Numbered from the stretch's first letter, positions 38,105-48,983 are shown. The stretch: 64,000 nucleotides of DNA from an uncultured Rhodospirillaceae bacterium (GCA_913052165.1 CAJXEC010000001.1:30056-94055), one strand, 5' to 3'. Numbers and translations are program-made. Notes: generated from the sequence alone by a model not told the origin.

Positions 38105-39267
38105 TTAAAATAGTAGACCCCGTAGATCTGGCACAAAGACTGATCCGCTGCCCGAGCGTTACCCCAGATGACGGAGGTGCTTTAGATACCCTCCAAAAGG
38201 CTCTAGTTGCGCTTGGTTTTGAATGCAAGCGACTTAAATTTGATGATAACGATAGTCCTCCAGTAGATAACCTTTACGCGCGCCTTGGTAATAAAGCCCC
38301 AAATTTCTGTTTTGCCGGCCACACGGACGTTGTCCCTGTAGGGGATCTAAAGGGCTGGACCTTAGACCCATTCGGAGCAGAGATTATAGAGGATACACTC
38401 TATGGTCGGGGTGCGACCGATATGAAATCGGCGATAGCTAGTTTTATCGCCGGGACCTCTAAGTTTTTGCAGAAAAACGGTGCCGACTTTGGAGGATCCA
38501 TTTCTCTTTTGATAACAGGGGACGAAGAAGGGCCATCCATTAACGGAACAAAAAAAGTTCTCTCCTGGATGGAGGGTGTTGGCGAAGAATTAGATGCCTG
38601 CCTCGTGGGGGAACCAACCAATCCTAAAGAACTTGGAGAAATGGTAAAGATAGGACGTCGTGGATCTTTATCAGGAAAAGTAAAAGTGTATGGAGTCCAA
38701 GGGCACACTGCTTACCCTCATTTAGCAAAAAACCCTTTGCCCGCCCTCGCGAAACTTACGACGCTGCTATCAGAGACCCCGCTGGACAGAGGCAACGAAC
38801 ATTTTCAACCCTCGAACTTACAAATCACATCGATAGATGTCGGAAATACAGCCACAAATGTTATCCCCGCCAGTGGCCAACTGCGTTTTAACGTTAGGTT
38901 TAACGACCAACATTCCGGCGAGTCGCTCATGGAATGGATTGAAAAAAAATGTGAGTCTTTGGAAGCTGGTTTTGATATCGAATTCCGACTTACCGGTGAG
39001 GCATTTTTAACACCGCCCGGAAATTTAAGCGATATTTTATCGACTGCGGTAAAGGGGGTGACGGGAAAGCAGCCCGAGTTAAGCACTACGGGGGGGACGT
39101 CAGATGCGCGGTTTATAAAAGACTTTTGCCCCGTAGCCGAATTTGGGCTCATAAGCCAGACCATGCACAAAGTAGATGAGAGGGTCGCAATAGAAGATAT
39201 TCGCAACTTGACTAAAATTTACGAATCTGTGCTTGAACAATATTTTAAATCTAATGACAAAAAATAA
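38101..39267 (+). CDS. dapE: Succinyl-diaminopimelate desuccinylase
   Basis: M20 peptidase family with GHTDVVP and GRGATDMK motifs. Directly follows dapD with a 4-bp overlap. Confidence 0.85.
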   Translation: MIKIVDPVDLAQRLIRCPSVTPDDGGALDTLQKALVALGFECKRLKFDDNDSPPVDNLYARLGNKAPNFCFAGHTDVVPVGDLKGWTLDPFGAEIIEDTLYGRGATDMKSAIASFIAGTSKFLQKNGADFGGSISLLITGDEEGPSINGTKKVLSWMEGVGEELDACLVGEPTNPKELGEMVKIGRRGSLSGKVKVYGVQGHTAYPHLAKNPLPALAKLTTLLSETPLDRGNEHFQPSNLQITSIDVGNTATNVIPASGQLRFNVRFNDQHSGESLMEWIEKKCESLEAGFDIEFRLTGEAFLTPPGNLSDILSTAVKGVTGKQPELSTTGGTSDARFIKDFCPVAEFGLISQTMHKVDERVAIEDIRNLTKIYESVLEQYFKSNDKK

Positions 39268-39858
39268 ATGATACCCAAAGATTTTGCTCAAGGACTCTAT
39301 GGCGCATGGTTGCTGGCATGTCTCAATCGAAATGCAATAAATCTTTTTGAAAATACGATAGAATCTTTCTGGCGTTCTTTTAATGCCGCATTCTTATGCG
39401 TACCAATTTTTATTGGCTTGATCATTATTCGATCGGTTGAGATAAATACTGGAGTTGGAAGTGTCGCATCAACCGCAATATACTCAATAAGCTATGTAAT
39501 CAGCTGGATCGCGTTTCCCTATGCGATGTATCACGTTACGAGGCTTCTGGGCACCGAAGACAAGTATTTTCGTTACATCTCAGCTTATAATTGGGCCACT
39601 TGCCTCCAGTTGGCAGCGCTTTTTATAGTGTCCGTTATCGGTAGTAGCGGTTTTCTGCCTCAGGGGTTGAGCGTGATCATCACAATGGTAGTGGTTTTCT
39701 CTATCTTTGGATACAAAGGTTTTCTTGCTCATGTCGGTCTAGAAATACGACATGGGGTAGCACTTGCAATTGTTTTACTCGACTTTATTTTAGCTTTGAT
39801 TTTTGAAAGCTGGACACTTCGTCTGCTTCAGGCGGCCCCAATAGCGTCGGGTGGATAA
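39268..39858 (+). CDS. Hypothetical integral membrane protein (possibly Yip1-like)
   Basis: 196 aa, about 5 TM. Starts 1 nt after the dapE stop. Its 3' end overlaps the truA 3' end by 31 bp (convergent). Confidence 0.5.
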   Translation: MIPKDFAQGLYGAWLLACLNRNAINLFENTIESFWRSFNAAFLCVPIFIGLIIIRSVEINTGVGSVASTAIYSISYVISWIAFPYAMYHVTRLLGTEDKYFRYISAYNWATCLQLAALFIVSVIGSSGFLPQGLSVIITMVVVFSIFGYKGFLAHVGLEIRHGVALAIVLLDFILALIFESWTLRLLQAAPIASGG

Positions 39859-40589
39859 GTAACGTCAGTGAGAAATAGACCACCCGCAGGCGCTGTCTCT
39901 CCCCCCTCAGTTCGATCGCGAGCAGCAAGGGCCCTTTTTAAATCCGTCAGTTGCCACTTTCCTTCACCTACAAGTCGAAGTGACCCAACAAAATTCCGAA
40001 TTTGATGATGCAAAAAAGACGGAGCGCTTACTTTGAAAATTATCTGATCTTTATCCGTGAAAACCGATAGAGAGTTTATAGTTTTAACCGGAGTTTTGGC
40101 CTGACACATGGTCGCCCTGAATGTCGTAAAGTCATGTTCGCCCACTAAAATCTGAGCCGCTTCATGCATAGCTCCCGCATTTAAAGGCCTTTTGACATGC
40201 CAAACACTCCCAGATTCCAGTGTCGGCGGGGATCTCCGATTAAGTATTCTATAGAGATACGACCTCTCAATCGCCGAAAATCTCGCATGAAATTTATCGC
40301 TCACTTTCTGCGCGACCAGAATGGATATTAGCTGCGGCCTCAGATGGGCATTAATTGCATCTCTAACGGTATCAGCAGAAAAATCTTTTTTTAGATCAAA
40401 ATGAGCCACCTGACCCAGGGCGTGAACCCCGGCGTCTGTCCTGCCGGCCCCTTGTACTATGATGCGCTCATTTGAAAAATTTTCGATCGCTCTCTCAAGT
40501 GACTGCTGGATTGAAGGACCGTTTTCCTGTCTTTGCCATCCGACATAATTGCGGCCGTCATATTCTATTTTCAAATACCACCTGTTCAT
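39828..40589 (-). CDS. truA: tRNA pseudouridine(38-40) synthase
   Basis: GAGRTDAGVHA catalytic Asp motif, around 250 aa. Confidence 0.85.
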   Translation of the reverse strand: MNRWYLKIEYDGRNYVGWQRQENGPSIQQSLERAIENFSNERIIVQGAGRTDAGVHALGQVAHFDLKKDFSADTVRDAINAHLRPQLISILVAQKVSDKFHARFSAIERSYLYRILNRRSPPTLESGSVWHVKRPLNAGAMHEAAQILVGEHDFTTFRATMCQAKTPVKTINSLSVFTDKDQIIFKVSAPSFLHHQIRNFVGSLRLVGEGKWQLTDLKRALAARDRTEGGETAPAGGLFLTDVTYPPDAIGAA

Positions 40590-41509
40590 TAATCAGACCT
40601 GACCGAGGACCCCACAGGAAGAGCGAAACCCCGCAAAAAGTCGTCTACAGGAAGAGCTTTACGCCCCGACCGCTGAAGTATTTCCAATTCTAGAGCTTCG
40701 CAACCACACGCAATTGTTGGGATGTTATCCAAAATTTCTCCAGGATCGCCTCTCGCATCTGAGACGGAAGCCTGAATAACCCTCACTCTCTCGCCACAGA
40801 ACTCAAACCAAGTTCCCGGCCAAGGATTGAGAGCTCTTATGTTGCGCTCTATCTGGGAAGCCGAGAGGGACCAGTCTATTAAACCCTCTGCCCTCGACAA
40901 TTTTTTCGCGTAGGTAGCAGCCGAGTGTACCTGCTCGATGGCGGTGACCTGCCCCTCAGAGATCAAAGTTGTCGCCTTAACAACTAGTGTAGAACCCAAT
41001 ATGGCAAGCTCATCGTGTAATTGCCGCGCAGTAGTCTTGGGCCTGATCGGACAACTCTCCTGCAAAAGTATCGGGCCAGTATCCACCCCCTCGTCCATCT
41101 GCATGATGCTAACACCAGTTTGAGAATCATCTGCCATTATTGCTCTCTGAATAGGAGCAGCGCCGCGCCACCTCGGCAAAAGTGAGACATGGATGTTAAT
41201 GCAGCCATGTTTGGGGCCAGTTAGCACTTCAGTGGGGAGAATTAGCCCATAAGCCATAACCACGGCCATGTCTGCGTCAAGAGCATTAAATTGATCTATG
41301 GCATAGATATCTCGTAAGTTTTCAGGGTGCCGAACCATTAGTCGGCGGACTTCCGCAGTTTTGTGGACTGCCGACTTGAGTAAATCGTGGCCACGACCCG
41401 CTGGTCTTGGCGGTTGCGTATATACACACAATAACTCGTGGCCTGCATCGACCAAACTGTTTAGTGCAGGGACTGCTATATCTGGTGTGCCCATAAAGAT
41501 TAGCCTCAT
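40589..41509 (-). CDS. fmt: Methionyl-tRNA formyltransferase
   Basis: Formyl-transferase N-domain (MRLIFMGTPD..., HVSLLPRWRGAAPIQ) plus C-terminal domain. Upstream of truA and downstream of def. Confidence 0.9.
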   Translation of the reverse strand: MRLIFMGTPDIAVPALNSLVDAGHELLCVYTQPPRPAGRGHDLLKSAVHKTAEVRRLMVRHPENLRDIYAIDQFNALDADMAVVMAYGLILPTEVLTGPKHGCINIHVSLLPRWRGAAPIQRAIMADDSQTGVSIMQMDEGVDTGPILLQESCPIRPKTTARQLHDELAILGSTLVVKATTLISEGQVTAIEQVHSAATYAKKLSRAEGLIDWSLSASQIERNIRALNPWPGTWFEFCGERVRVIQASVSDARGDPGEILDNIPTIACGCEALELEILQRSGRKALPVDDFLRGFALPVGSSVRSD

Positions 41510-41525
41510 GGCATTAGCCTTAAAC

Positions 41526-42035
41526 CTAACCTAGTTTCTTCAGCTTTTTCATTTTTCGCAAAATTATATTACGTTTAATTGAGGATAATCGATCCGTTAA
41601 TAGCACCCCATCAAGATGATCTATTTCATGTTGAATACAGATTGCCGCCAAACCGTTAGCCTGAAGCTCTTTAACCTCACTCTCCTCATTTATGTAACGG
41701 ATATGGACCGTTTCAGGCCTCTCCACCTCTGCATATTGTTGAGGGAATGATAAACACCCCTCCTCTCGTACCAAAAGAATGTCTGATGCACTCATTACCT
41801 CCGGATTTACCAATTTCAAAGGCTCCGGTTTTTCATCATGTCTCGCTACATCCATGACGATTATCCTTTTATTAACACCTATTTGTGGAGCGGCTAATCC
41901 AACACCAGGTGCCGCGTACATTGTTTCCAACATATCATCCATCAGCGCCCGAATTTGATCATCCACCTTCGATAAGGGGCTACAAACGACTTTTAATCGT
42001 GGATCAGGAGCCTTTATGATGTTTAGAATTGCCAT
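41526..42035 (-). CDS. def: Peptide deformylase
   Basis: Motifs GVGLAAPQIG, EGCLS, HEIDHLDG. 169 aa. Confidence 0.9.
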   Translation of the reverse strand: MAILNIIKAPDPRLKVVCSPLSKVDDQIRALMDDMLETMYAAPGVGLAAPQIGVNKRIIVMDVARHDEKPEPLKLVNPEVMSASDILLVREEGCLSFPQQYAEVERPETVHIRYINEESEVKELQANGLAAICIQHEIDHLDGVLLTDRLSSIKRNIILRKMKKLKKLG

Positions 42036-42182
42036 TGGTCTAAATTATTTATTTTTTGAAAACAAATTGCTTTCCTATTCCGACTAGGCATAAGCGTCAA
42101 GAAGTCGTCAAAGAAATAACCTCGATTCGGTCCTTCATGATAACTTAGGTCAGTTAAATTAAACCCTGTGAGGGACCTATAA

Positions 42183-43268
42183 ATGGATCCAATGTTCCTC
42201 TCTGCTGTTATTCTCGCCATTATCGTTGGTGTCATAATAACTTATGCGATGGATCACCATCGCCAAAAAAAGTCTGATAAGTCGTCAGAGTTAGCGGGAA
42301 GAATCATCCAAATAGCTGAATCTCAGGCCATGGCTCAAGCACAGTTGAACGAGAGACTTCAGGCTCAAGAACGTGCTCTAACAAAGGTCGTAGAGGAACG
42401 CTTATCTGATCTAGCTAAACGGGTGGGAGACAATCTTATTCAAAATACGACTCAAACCAATGAGACCATGACTAAGCTTCAAGAGCGATTGGCAGTGATT
42501 GATGCGGCACAAAAGAATATTACTGAGTTGTCGAGTCAAGTTGTCGGGTTACAGGACATATTGTCGAACAAGCAAGCAAGGGGAACCTTTGGTGAGGTGC
42601 AACTCCAAGATTTAGTCAAAAACGTACTTCCTCCTAGCTCATATAAGTTTCAGCACACTTTATCAAACGGACGAAGAGCGGATTGTATCGTCCACCTTCC
42701 AAATCCGCCTGGTTCAATTGTGATTGATGCAAAATTTCCTCTCGAAGGATACCGCGCCCTAACAAACGCTGTAGACGATACCTCTCGAAAAGCAGCGGTG
42801 CGGAAATTCACTGCAGATATTGCCACGCATGTAGCCCATATTGCGGAAAGATACATTCTTCCCGGGGATACCGCAGAGTCGGCCCTTATGTTTCTTCCCT
42901 CAGAAGCAGTCTATGCGGAGCTCCATTCTAATTTTGGGTCAACGGTTGAAGCCGCCTGGAAAAAGCGCGTTTGGATTGTTTCTCCAACCACCTTAATGGC
43001 AACTTTAAACACAGTTCGAGCAGTACTCCGAGATGCGCAAATGCGAGAACAGGCAGGTTTACTGCAGCAAGAAGTAGGTAAACTTTTGTTAGATGTAGGA
43101 CGACTGGAGGCCAGAGCAGATAATTTACAAAAACACTTACAACTATCAGAGAGTGATGTTAGGCAAATACTGATTTCAACTGGGAAGTTAACTAATCGAG
43201 GACAACGTATCCAAGAATTAGAGTTGGAAGACTCTGACCCTGATCCAGTGATCACTTCACAGGGCTAG
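42183..43268 (+). CDS. rmuC: DNA recombination protein RmuC
   Basis: 361 aa. N-terminal TM, long coiled-coil, C-terminal RmuC nuclease-like domain (…PDCIVHLPNP…VIDAKFPLE…). Confidence 0.8.
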   Translation: MDPMFLSAVILAIIVGVIITYAMDHHRQKKSDKSSELAGRIIQIAESQAMAQAQLNERLQAQERALTKVVEERLSDLAKRVGDNLIQNTTQTNETMTKLQERLAVIDAAQKNITELSSQVVGLQDILSNKQARGTFGEVQLQDLVKNVLPPSSYKFQHTLSNGRRADCIVHLPNPPGSIVIDAKFPLEGYRALTNAVDDTSRKAAVRKFTADIATHVAHIAERYILPGDTAESALMFLPSEAVYAELHSNFGSTVEAAWKKRVWIVSPTTLMATLNTVRAVLRDAQMREQAGLLQQEVGKLLLDVGRLEARADNLQKHLQLSESDVRQILISTGKLTNRGQRIQELELEDSDPDPVITSQG

Positions 43269-43278
43269 CATCTCGGGC

Positions 43279-43872
43279 TCAAAGTGGGAGGCGAGCACGC
43301 AGCGCCGCCGAGATTGTCCCATCGTCGAGGTAGTCCAGCTCCCCTCCAACTGGTACGCCATGTGCTAGACGAGAAACGGTTACTTCACATCCCGACAAAC
43401 GCTCGTTTACGTAATGAGCAGTAGTTTGTCCATCGACTGTAGCCGAGGTTGCCAGGATAATTTCTTTGACCAAGTCGCTTGCCGCCCGATCAATTAAACT
43501 AGAAATATTTAGGTCCTCTGGTCCGCGTCCATCCAGAGCAGAGAGCGTACCGCCAAGTACGTGGTATTGCCCAGAAAAAACCGCTGTCCTCTCCATCGCC
43601 CATAAATCGGAAACATCCTCAACAACGCATATCACAGAGGGATCGCGTCTAACATCTTCACAAACTCCGCATGGACTGCGAGAATCTATATTGCCACACA
43701 CTGAACAGGGATGGATCGACTCCGCTACCCTACGCAGAGAATCCGCCATTGGAAGCATCAGGCTTTCCCGACGTTTTAGAAGAAATAATACGACCCGGCG
43801 GGCGGAACGCGGACCTAAACCCGGGAGACGAGAAAAAATCTGCACTAATTGATCAATTGGGTTTCGGTGCAT
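43279..43872 (-). CDS. recR: Recombination protein RecR
   Basis: C4 zinc finger [16 protein letters not shown], Toprim domain, N-terminal HhH. 197 aa. Confidence 0.9.
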   Translation of the reverse strand: MHRNPIDQLVQIFSRLPGLGPRSARRVVLFLLKRRESLMLPMADSLRRVAESIHPCSVCGNIDSRSPCGVCEDVRRDPSVICVVEDVSDLWAMERTAVFSGQYHVLGGTLSALDGRGPEDLNISSLIDRAASDLVKEIILATSATVDGQTTAHYVNERLSGCEVTVSRLAHGVPVGGELDYLDDGTISAALRARLPL

Positions 43873-43882
43873 TTAAATTCTT

Positions 43883-44206
43883 TTAGAACGGAAGTGTCAT
43901 GCCTGGCGGGAGACTCAAACCACCCGTCATTTTACTCATTTGTTCCTTCATGGCCTCTTCAACTTTTTTTCTTGCGTCCGCATGAGCTGCAACTATCAGG
44001 TCTTCTATTACCTCCACATCCTTTGAATTGAATAGAGATGGGTCAACAGAAAGTTTTTTTAATTCGTTTTTTCCAGAGAGAGTAACGGTCACAAGCCCCC
44101 CTCCTGCATTACCCTCGACTTCCATCTCAGTGAGTTGATCCTGCATTTCTTGGATTTTGCTCTGCATTTCTTGCGCCTGCTTCATCATCTGGCCGAAGTT
44201 TTTCAT
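43883..44206 (-). CDS. ybaB: Nucleoid-associated protein YbaB/EbfC
   Basis: 107 aa, MKNFGQMMKQAQEMQ... classic YbaB. Sits between dnaX and recR as usual. Confidence 0.9.
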   Translation of the reverse strand: MKNFGQMMKQAQEMQSKIQEMQDQLTEMEVEGNAGGGLVTVTLSGKNELKKLSVDPSLFNSKDVEVIEDLIVAAHADARKKVEEAMKEQMSKMTGGLSLPPGMTLPF

Positions 44207-45978
44207 GGTTCAATCTCTTTTTCGTCTTCGTCGGGATTAGTTATGGCATTTTTGAAATCTTCTTCAGGCAGAGATCGTTCTGATACGGTCTCTACGCGTG
44301 CTCCTGGAAAGGCCTCCAGAGCCGCTTGAACCAACGGATGTGCTATGGCTTCATTACGTCTTTCTCTAGCGGCAGTCTCACGCACCGATCTGATCGTCGG
44401 CTGCCCCGGTCTTTCCGATAAACTAACTAACCACTGGTCCCCGGTCCATTCCTTCAAAAGCCTCGCCACTCTATTCGCCAGGTCTTGTGGAGCCTCAGAT
44501 CCAGCCCTAAAGCAGATATGGCCGCGCTCGAAACTTACTAAATTAACCTGACCGCGTAGCGCAGCAGCAATCAAACCTTCCCGTTTATTTTCGAAGAGTG
44601 CAACGACTGCCTCAAAACTATCTGGATTATAGTCTTCAGCGGTTATCTTTTCCATTTCGGGGTGCGCTAAAGCTTGTATTCCTCCTGAGGCCGCCAGTCT
44701 AGGAGCTGCAGGCAGAGCGCCAGAGGACTGGCCGGTAGGCGCCGACCCAAGCGCCGTGCGCTGCGGTTCAGAGGAATTCCCGGAACCCACCGACGGCCCT
44801 TGAGTCTGCAGCATCCTAATCAAATCGGCTGGTGGCGGAAGTTCAGACATTAGTGTAAGCCTGATCAAAACCATTTCAGCTGCCTGAATTCCTGAGGGTG
44901 CTGTGCGAACTTCTTCATTACCCTTCAGCAGAACTTGCCAGATTCGGCCTAGAGTTCCGATATTTAATCTTTGAGCAAGGTTGATCCCACGGGTCCGGTC
45001 TATCTCCGAATTTCCGGGAGAGTCCGCTGCTCCAGGATCAAGATTTAATCGAGTTAACCAATGAACAATTTGAAGCAAATCTCCTATAACTGCCAAAGGG
45101 TCTGCTCCCGAGTTATAAAGGGCGGCAAGTTCATCAATTGCCTCTCGAGCCTTTCCAGCAAGCAAATGTTCAAATAGATCATATATCCGACCGTGATCCG
45201 CCAAGCCGAGCATATCCTGCACACTTGCCTCGGTTATTTGGCCATCTTCCTGAATACCCGCGTGAGCCACTGCCTGGTCCAATAACGAGAGTCCATCTCG
45301 CACCGACCCATCCGCGGCTCTGGCAATCATGGCGAGGGAATCCTCAGAAACCGTGACATCCTCCTTTTGAGCGATTGACCGAAAATGATCCATGAGAACC
45401 CCAGTTTCGACCCGCCGCAAATCAAAGCGCTGACATCTAGACAAAACTGTAACAGGCACTTTACGAGTTTCTGTTGTGGCAAAAATGAATTTAACGTGTT
45501 CAGGTGGTTCCTCAAGAGTCTTTAGAAGGGCGTTAAAAGCGCTGGTCGACAACATATGCACTTCATCAATGATATAAATTTTGTATCGCGCCTCCAACGG
45601 CCGATAACGGACCCCATCAATCAGCTCACGTATATCGTTGACCCCCGTCCTGCTGGCTGCGTCCATTTCAATGACATCCACGTGCCGGTCTTCAGCGATA
45701 GCAACGCAATGGGAGCAGACTCCGCAGGGTTCAGCGGTGGCCCGCCCCGTTCCATCAGTCGATACACAATTTAATGCCCGGGCGATAATTCTAGCAGTGC
45801 TAGTTTTTCCAATACCCCTTACTCCAATGAGAATAAATGCATGTGGTAGACGGTCAATTTCAATAGCGTTCGTCAGAGTACGCACCATTACATCCTGACC
45901 AACCAGTTCTGAAAAAGTGCTTGGCCTGTACTTTCGTGCCAATACCCGATAAGTGCTTTTCTCTACAGTTTCATTCAT
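44203..45978 (-). CDS. dnaX: DNA polymerase III subunit gamma/tau
   Basis: AAA+ Walker A GVRGIGKTS, zinc module C..C..C, DEVHML, sensor. 591 aa. No A-AAA-AAG slippery heptamer seen. Confidence 0.9.
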   Translation of the reverse strand: MNETVEKSTYRVLARKYRPSTFSELVGQDVMVRTLTNAIEIDRLPHAFILIGVRGIGKTSTARIIARALNCVSTDGTGRATAEPCGVCSHCVAIAEDRHVDVIEMDAASRTGVNDIRELIDGVRYRPLEARYKIYIIDEVHMLSTSAFNALLKTLEEPPEHVKFIFATTETRKVPVTVLSRCQRFDLRRVETGVLMDHFRSIAQKEDVTVSEDSLAMIARAADGSVRDGLSLLDQAVAHAGIQEDGQITEASVQDMLGLADHGRIYDLFEHLLAGKAREAIDELAALYNSGADPLAVIGDLLQIVHWLTRLNLDPGAADSPGNSEIDRTRGINLAQRLNIGTLGRIWQVLLKGNEEVRTAPSGIQAAEMVLIRLTLMSELPPPADLIRMLQTQGPSVGSGNSSEPQRTALGSAPTGQSSGALPAAPRLAASGGIQALAHPEMEKITAEDYNPDSFEAVVALFENKREGLIAAALRGQVNLVSFERGHICFRAGSEAPQDLANRVARLLKEWTGDQWLVSLSERPGQPTIRSVRETAARERRNEAIAHPLVQAALEAFPGARVETVSERSLPEEDFKNAITNPDEDEKEIEP

Positions 45979-46023
45979 GTCAAACTGATCCGTGAAAAAT
46001 TCGACTGGTTGCGAGATATAAAA

Positions 46024-46130
46024 CGGTGAGAGGCTGGTAAGACAACCCAGGAAAAATCTCGTTACGGCTGCTTCCTTCCGGACCTGACCGGGTTGGCGAG
46101 GATCCCGTCTGCCGCCAACCTCTCAGCCTA
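46024..46130 (-). ncRNA. ffs: Signal recognition particle RNA (small bacterial SRP RNA, ffs)
   Basis: Minus-strand sequence contains the universally conserved domain IV ...CAGGUCCGGAAGGAAGCAGCC... Terminal helix closes with UGAGAGGUUGG / CCAGCCUCUCA. Located directly upstream of dnaX, the common ffs-dnaX synteny. Confidence 0.8.
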
Positions 46131-46194
46131 ACTATACCAGGATAAAGTCAAGAGTCCCAATAGCCTGGTCAGATTAATACATTAAGTTGCGCAA

Positions 46195-47136
46195 GTGCAG
46201 TCACTGTGCGACCTTGCAAAAATGCTGAAACCAAATTTTTTTACTGAAAATGGTCTAGAAAGGCTGTCTGAAAAACGAGGCGATAATAACTGGAAAAATG
46301 ATCTTTTGATCAGTGAGAATGCAGTTTTCCTACCGTTTTGGCGAACCAAGAGCCTCATTCAAGACTCTGCGTCAGCTAATTGCGAGATCAGCTTGCTTAG
46401 CTACGAGGAAATCTCACAATTTAATCGAAAAGATGATGAATTTATTTTTTTGGGCTTTCGGAATGACACGCCTTACTTTCTGACTGATCTGTCTGATATT
46501 GAGGATCCGAGCCAATACAGCTCATTATCGGGCAACCGTAGCTTAAAGGATTTACGCGAAGTTGGACTCAGCCTTTCTAGGGAAGAAGGCGGCATCTTGG
46601 CGTACTCCCGAGCCTTAGCCCAATGGCACAAAACCCATAAATTTTGTGGTCGCTGCGGTGGGAAAACCGAGTCCCAATCTGCCGGCCATGTGCGTCGCTG
46701 TTCAAACTGCGGAGCAGAGCATTTTCCCCGAACCGATCCTGCTGTGATTATGCTGGTGAGCTATGGGGAAAAGGTTTGCCTCGCAAGAAAAAGCGACTGG
46801 CCCAAAGACCGATTCTCCGTGTTAGCAGGTTTTGTTGAGCCTGGAGAAACCCCAGAAGGTGCGGTCATACGAGAAGTTAAAGAAGAAGTAGGCCTTGCTG
46901 TGACCAATGTCAGGTACCACTCTGCGCAGCCATGGCCCTTTCCTGCAAATCTTATGCTCGGATACTTTGCCGAAGCTGTATCGGATGAGATTTCGATAGA
47001 TGATATAGAAATCGAGGAAGCAAAATGGGTTACTCGAGAGGACTTAGAACCCGAAGCTTTGGCATACTTCGAAAACCCTACCTCAGTCTCAATTGCCCGG
47101 CGTCTTATAGCGGATTGGGTGACTAAAAAGTTTTAG
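46195..47136 (+). CDS. nudC: NAD+ diphosphatase (NADH pyrophosphatase) NudC
   Basis: Zinc ribbon CGRCGG...CSNCGAEHFPR, followed by Nudix box GFVEPGETPEGAVIREVKEEVGL, and a NudC N-terminal domain. Confidence 0.8.
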   Translation: MQSLCDLAKMLKPNFFTENGLERLSEKRGDNNWKNDLLISENAVFLPFWRTKSLIQDSASANCEISLLSYEEISQFNRKDDEFIFLGFRNDTPYFLTDLSDIEDPSQYSSLSGNRSLKDLREVGLSLSREEGGILAYSRALAQWHKTHKFCGRCGGKTESQSAGHVRRCSNCGAEHFPRTDPAVIMLVSYGEKVCLARKSDWPKDRFSVLAGFVEPGETPEGAVIREVKEEVGLAVTNVRYHSAQPWPFPANLMLGYFAEAVSDEISIDDIEIEEAKWVTREDLEPEALAYFENPTSVSIARRLIADWVTKKF

Positions 47137-47162
47137 AAAACTCATTTAGTTAAAGAAATATT

Positions 47163-48020
47163 TTACTTGGTCTTTTTTCGGGCTTCATGCGCCGGATACG
47201 TGCCCAAAATCTTAACCTCGTGGGAAAAAAATTCGAGCTCCTCTAATGCCAGTTTCAACGCTGGATCTTCCGGGTGACCATCTACGTCAGCATAAAATTG
47301 CGTCGCGCTAAAGCTCCCACCGATCATGTAGCTCTCTAATTTTGTCATATTTACCCCAGTTGTAGCAAAGCCACCCAACGCTTTATACAAAGCCGCGGGG
47401 ACATTACGAACTCGGAAGACAAAACTTGTTATGATGGGTTTTAAGTTCTTTTTTATTGAGATCGGTTCCCTTGATAAAACTACGAACCGTGTTGTGTTGT
47501 GATGAGCATCCTCGATGTTTCTTTTTAGAGATCTAAGCCCATAAATCTCTCCAGCCAGACTGGAGGCGATTGCTGCCTCTTGCTTATCATTACGCTCAGC
47601 CAATTCTGCCGCAGCGCCTGCCGTATCGGCATGAACTATCGGCTCCAACCCTAGTTTGTGAATGACTTTTCCGCACTGTGCTAGTGCGTGAACATGGCTG
47701 CGAACAATTTTTATTGTTTTAAGCGACGCACCCTTTGGAGCGAGGAGGTGGTGATTAATGCGAAAAAAATATTCAGCCACAATATTTAAACCTGACTCTG
47801 GCAGCAGACGATGGATGTCGGCCACGCGACCTGCCACTGAATTTTCAATTGGCGTCATGGCAAATTTCGCTTTACCATCTGATACCGCAGCAAACATTTC
47901 CTCAAATGTTTGACACGGCACTGGTTGCAGTTCTGGGTAGGCTTTAGCACATGCCATATGAGAATAGGCTCCCGCTAATCCCTGAAACGCAATTATATTT
48001 GTCGCTTTTTTTTGTGCCAT
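47163..48020 (-). CDS. pheA: Prephenate dehydratase (monofunctional)
   Basis: PDT catalytic domain with TRF motif (NTTRFVVLS) and C-terminal ACT domain. No chorismate mutase domain. Confidence 0.8.
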   Translation of the reverse strand: MAQKKATNIIAFQGLAGAYSHMACAKAYPELQPVPCQTFEEMFAAVSDGKAKFAMTPIENSVAGRVADIHRLLPESGLNIVAEYFFRINHHLLAPKGASLKTIKIVRSHVHALAQCGKVIHKLGLEPIVHADTAGAAAELAERNDKQEAAIASSLAGEIYGLRSLKRNIEDAHHNTTRFVVLSREPISIKKNLKPIITSFVFRVRNVPAALYKALGGFATTGVNMTKLESYMIGGSFSATQFYADVDGHPEDPALKLALEELEFFSHEVKILGTYPAHEARKKTK

Positions 48021-48047
48021 TTCTAAATCTCGGAGATGGTAATGTCC

Positions 48048-48815
48048 TTAGGGAGATATTCTGTTTCTAGCCCTTTCCAAGTCTGCGGGAGTATCAACAC
48101 CGTCTGGGATGGTGTCAACGAGTGCAACATCTATTCGCATTCCAGCTTCAAGAGCCCTCAACTGTTCTAGGTTTTCGCGCTTTTCAAGAATGCCTTGAGG
48201 CAAAGAAACAAAACTCTCCAACGCAGCCCGCCTAAAGGCATAAAGCCCTATATGATGATAAAACTCTCCATGCCCCCAAGGAACTGCAGCGCGGCTAAAT
48301 AATAGCGCTCTACCGATTTGCTCATCTTTGGGTATGGCTGCGACCGCTTTGACGGCATTTGGATCATTTCGTTCCCTTACATCAACTATCTCCGCGACTA
48401 GCGTCGCGATGTCGACATCTGTATTAACCAATGGTGTAAGAACGGAACGAATTATATCTGGAGCGATTGTCGGGAGATCTCCTTGGACGTTAACAACTAC
48501 ATCATGGTAGTTAGCTTTATCTATGATAGACAAAGCCTGGCAAACGCGATCTGACCCACTTGGCAAATCAGGGTCAGTCATTAGAGCTTTCCCGCCCGCC
48601 TGAGCCACTACCTCCATGATTTCTTGATCTCCCGCTGCAACATACACAGGACCGATGTCCGCCCTTTCAGCCTGACGAAGAACGTGAATAATCATTGGTT
48701 CCCCATGAATATCAATGAGAGGCTTTCCAGGTAAGCGGGTCGAGGACATTCTAGCCGGGATAATAATGATTGGGTTCATATTCACTGCCGACACTCTGAC
48801 AATTCGCCTTATCAA
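48048..48815 (-). CDS. kdsB: 3-deoxy-manno-octulosonate cytidylyltransferase (CMP-KDO synthetase)
   Basis: N-terminal IIIPARMSSTRLPGKPL and overall KdsB fold, 255 aa. Confidence 0.85.
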   Translation of the reverse strand: MIRRIVRVSAVNMNPIIIIPARMSSTRLPGKPLIDIHGEPMIIHVLRQAERADIGPVYVAAGDQEIMEVVAQAGGKALMTDPDLPSGSDRVCQALSIIDKANYHDVVVNVQGDLPTIAPDIIRSVLTPLVNTDVDIATLVAEIVDVRERNDPNAVKAVAAIPKDEQIGRALLFSRAAVPWGHGEFYHHIGLYAFRRAALESFVSLPQGILEKRENLEQLRALEAGMRIDVALVDTIPDGVDTPADLERARNRISP

Positions 48816-48983
48816 GTTTTCTAGCCGAAAATAAAGCCGATGGAAATTGCATAAAGAGAATTAATGCGGCAACTTGACGCGGAACACTACCCTCACTTAA
48901 CGCGCAATGATTAGACAGACAATGACGAAATGATTAAAATCTACGGTAGTTGGTAAAATCTCGAGATCCGTTGTTAAACAGGT

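Noticed and set aside
44203-45978. Programmed -1 frameshift site in dnaX
   Set aside because: No A-AAA-AAG-type slippery heptamer (CTTTTTT on the plus strand) found by eye within the gene. tau and gamma are probably not produced by frameshifting here.
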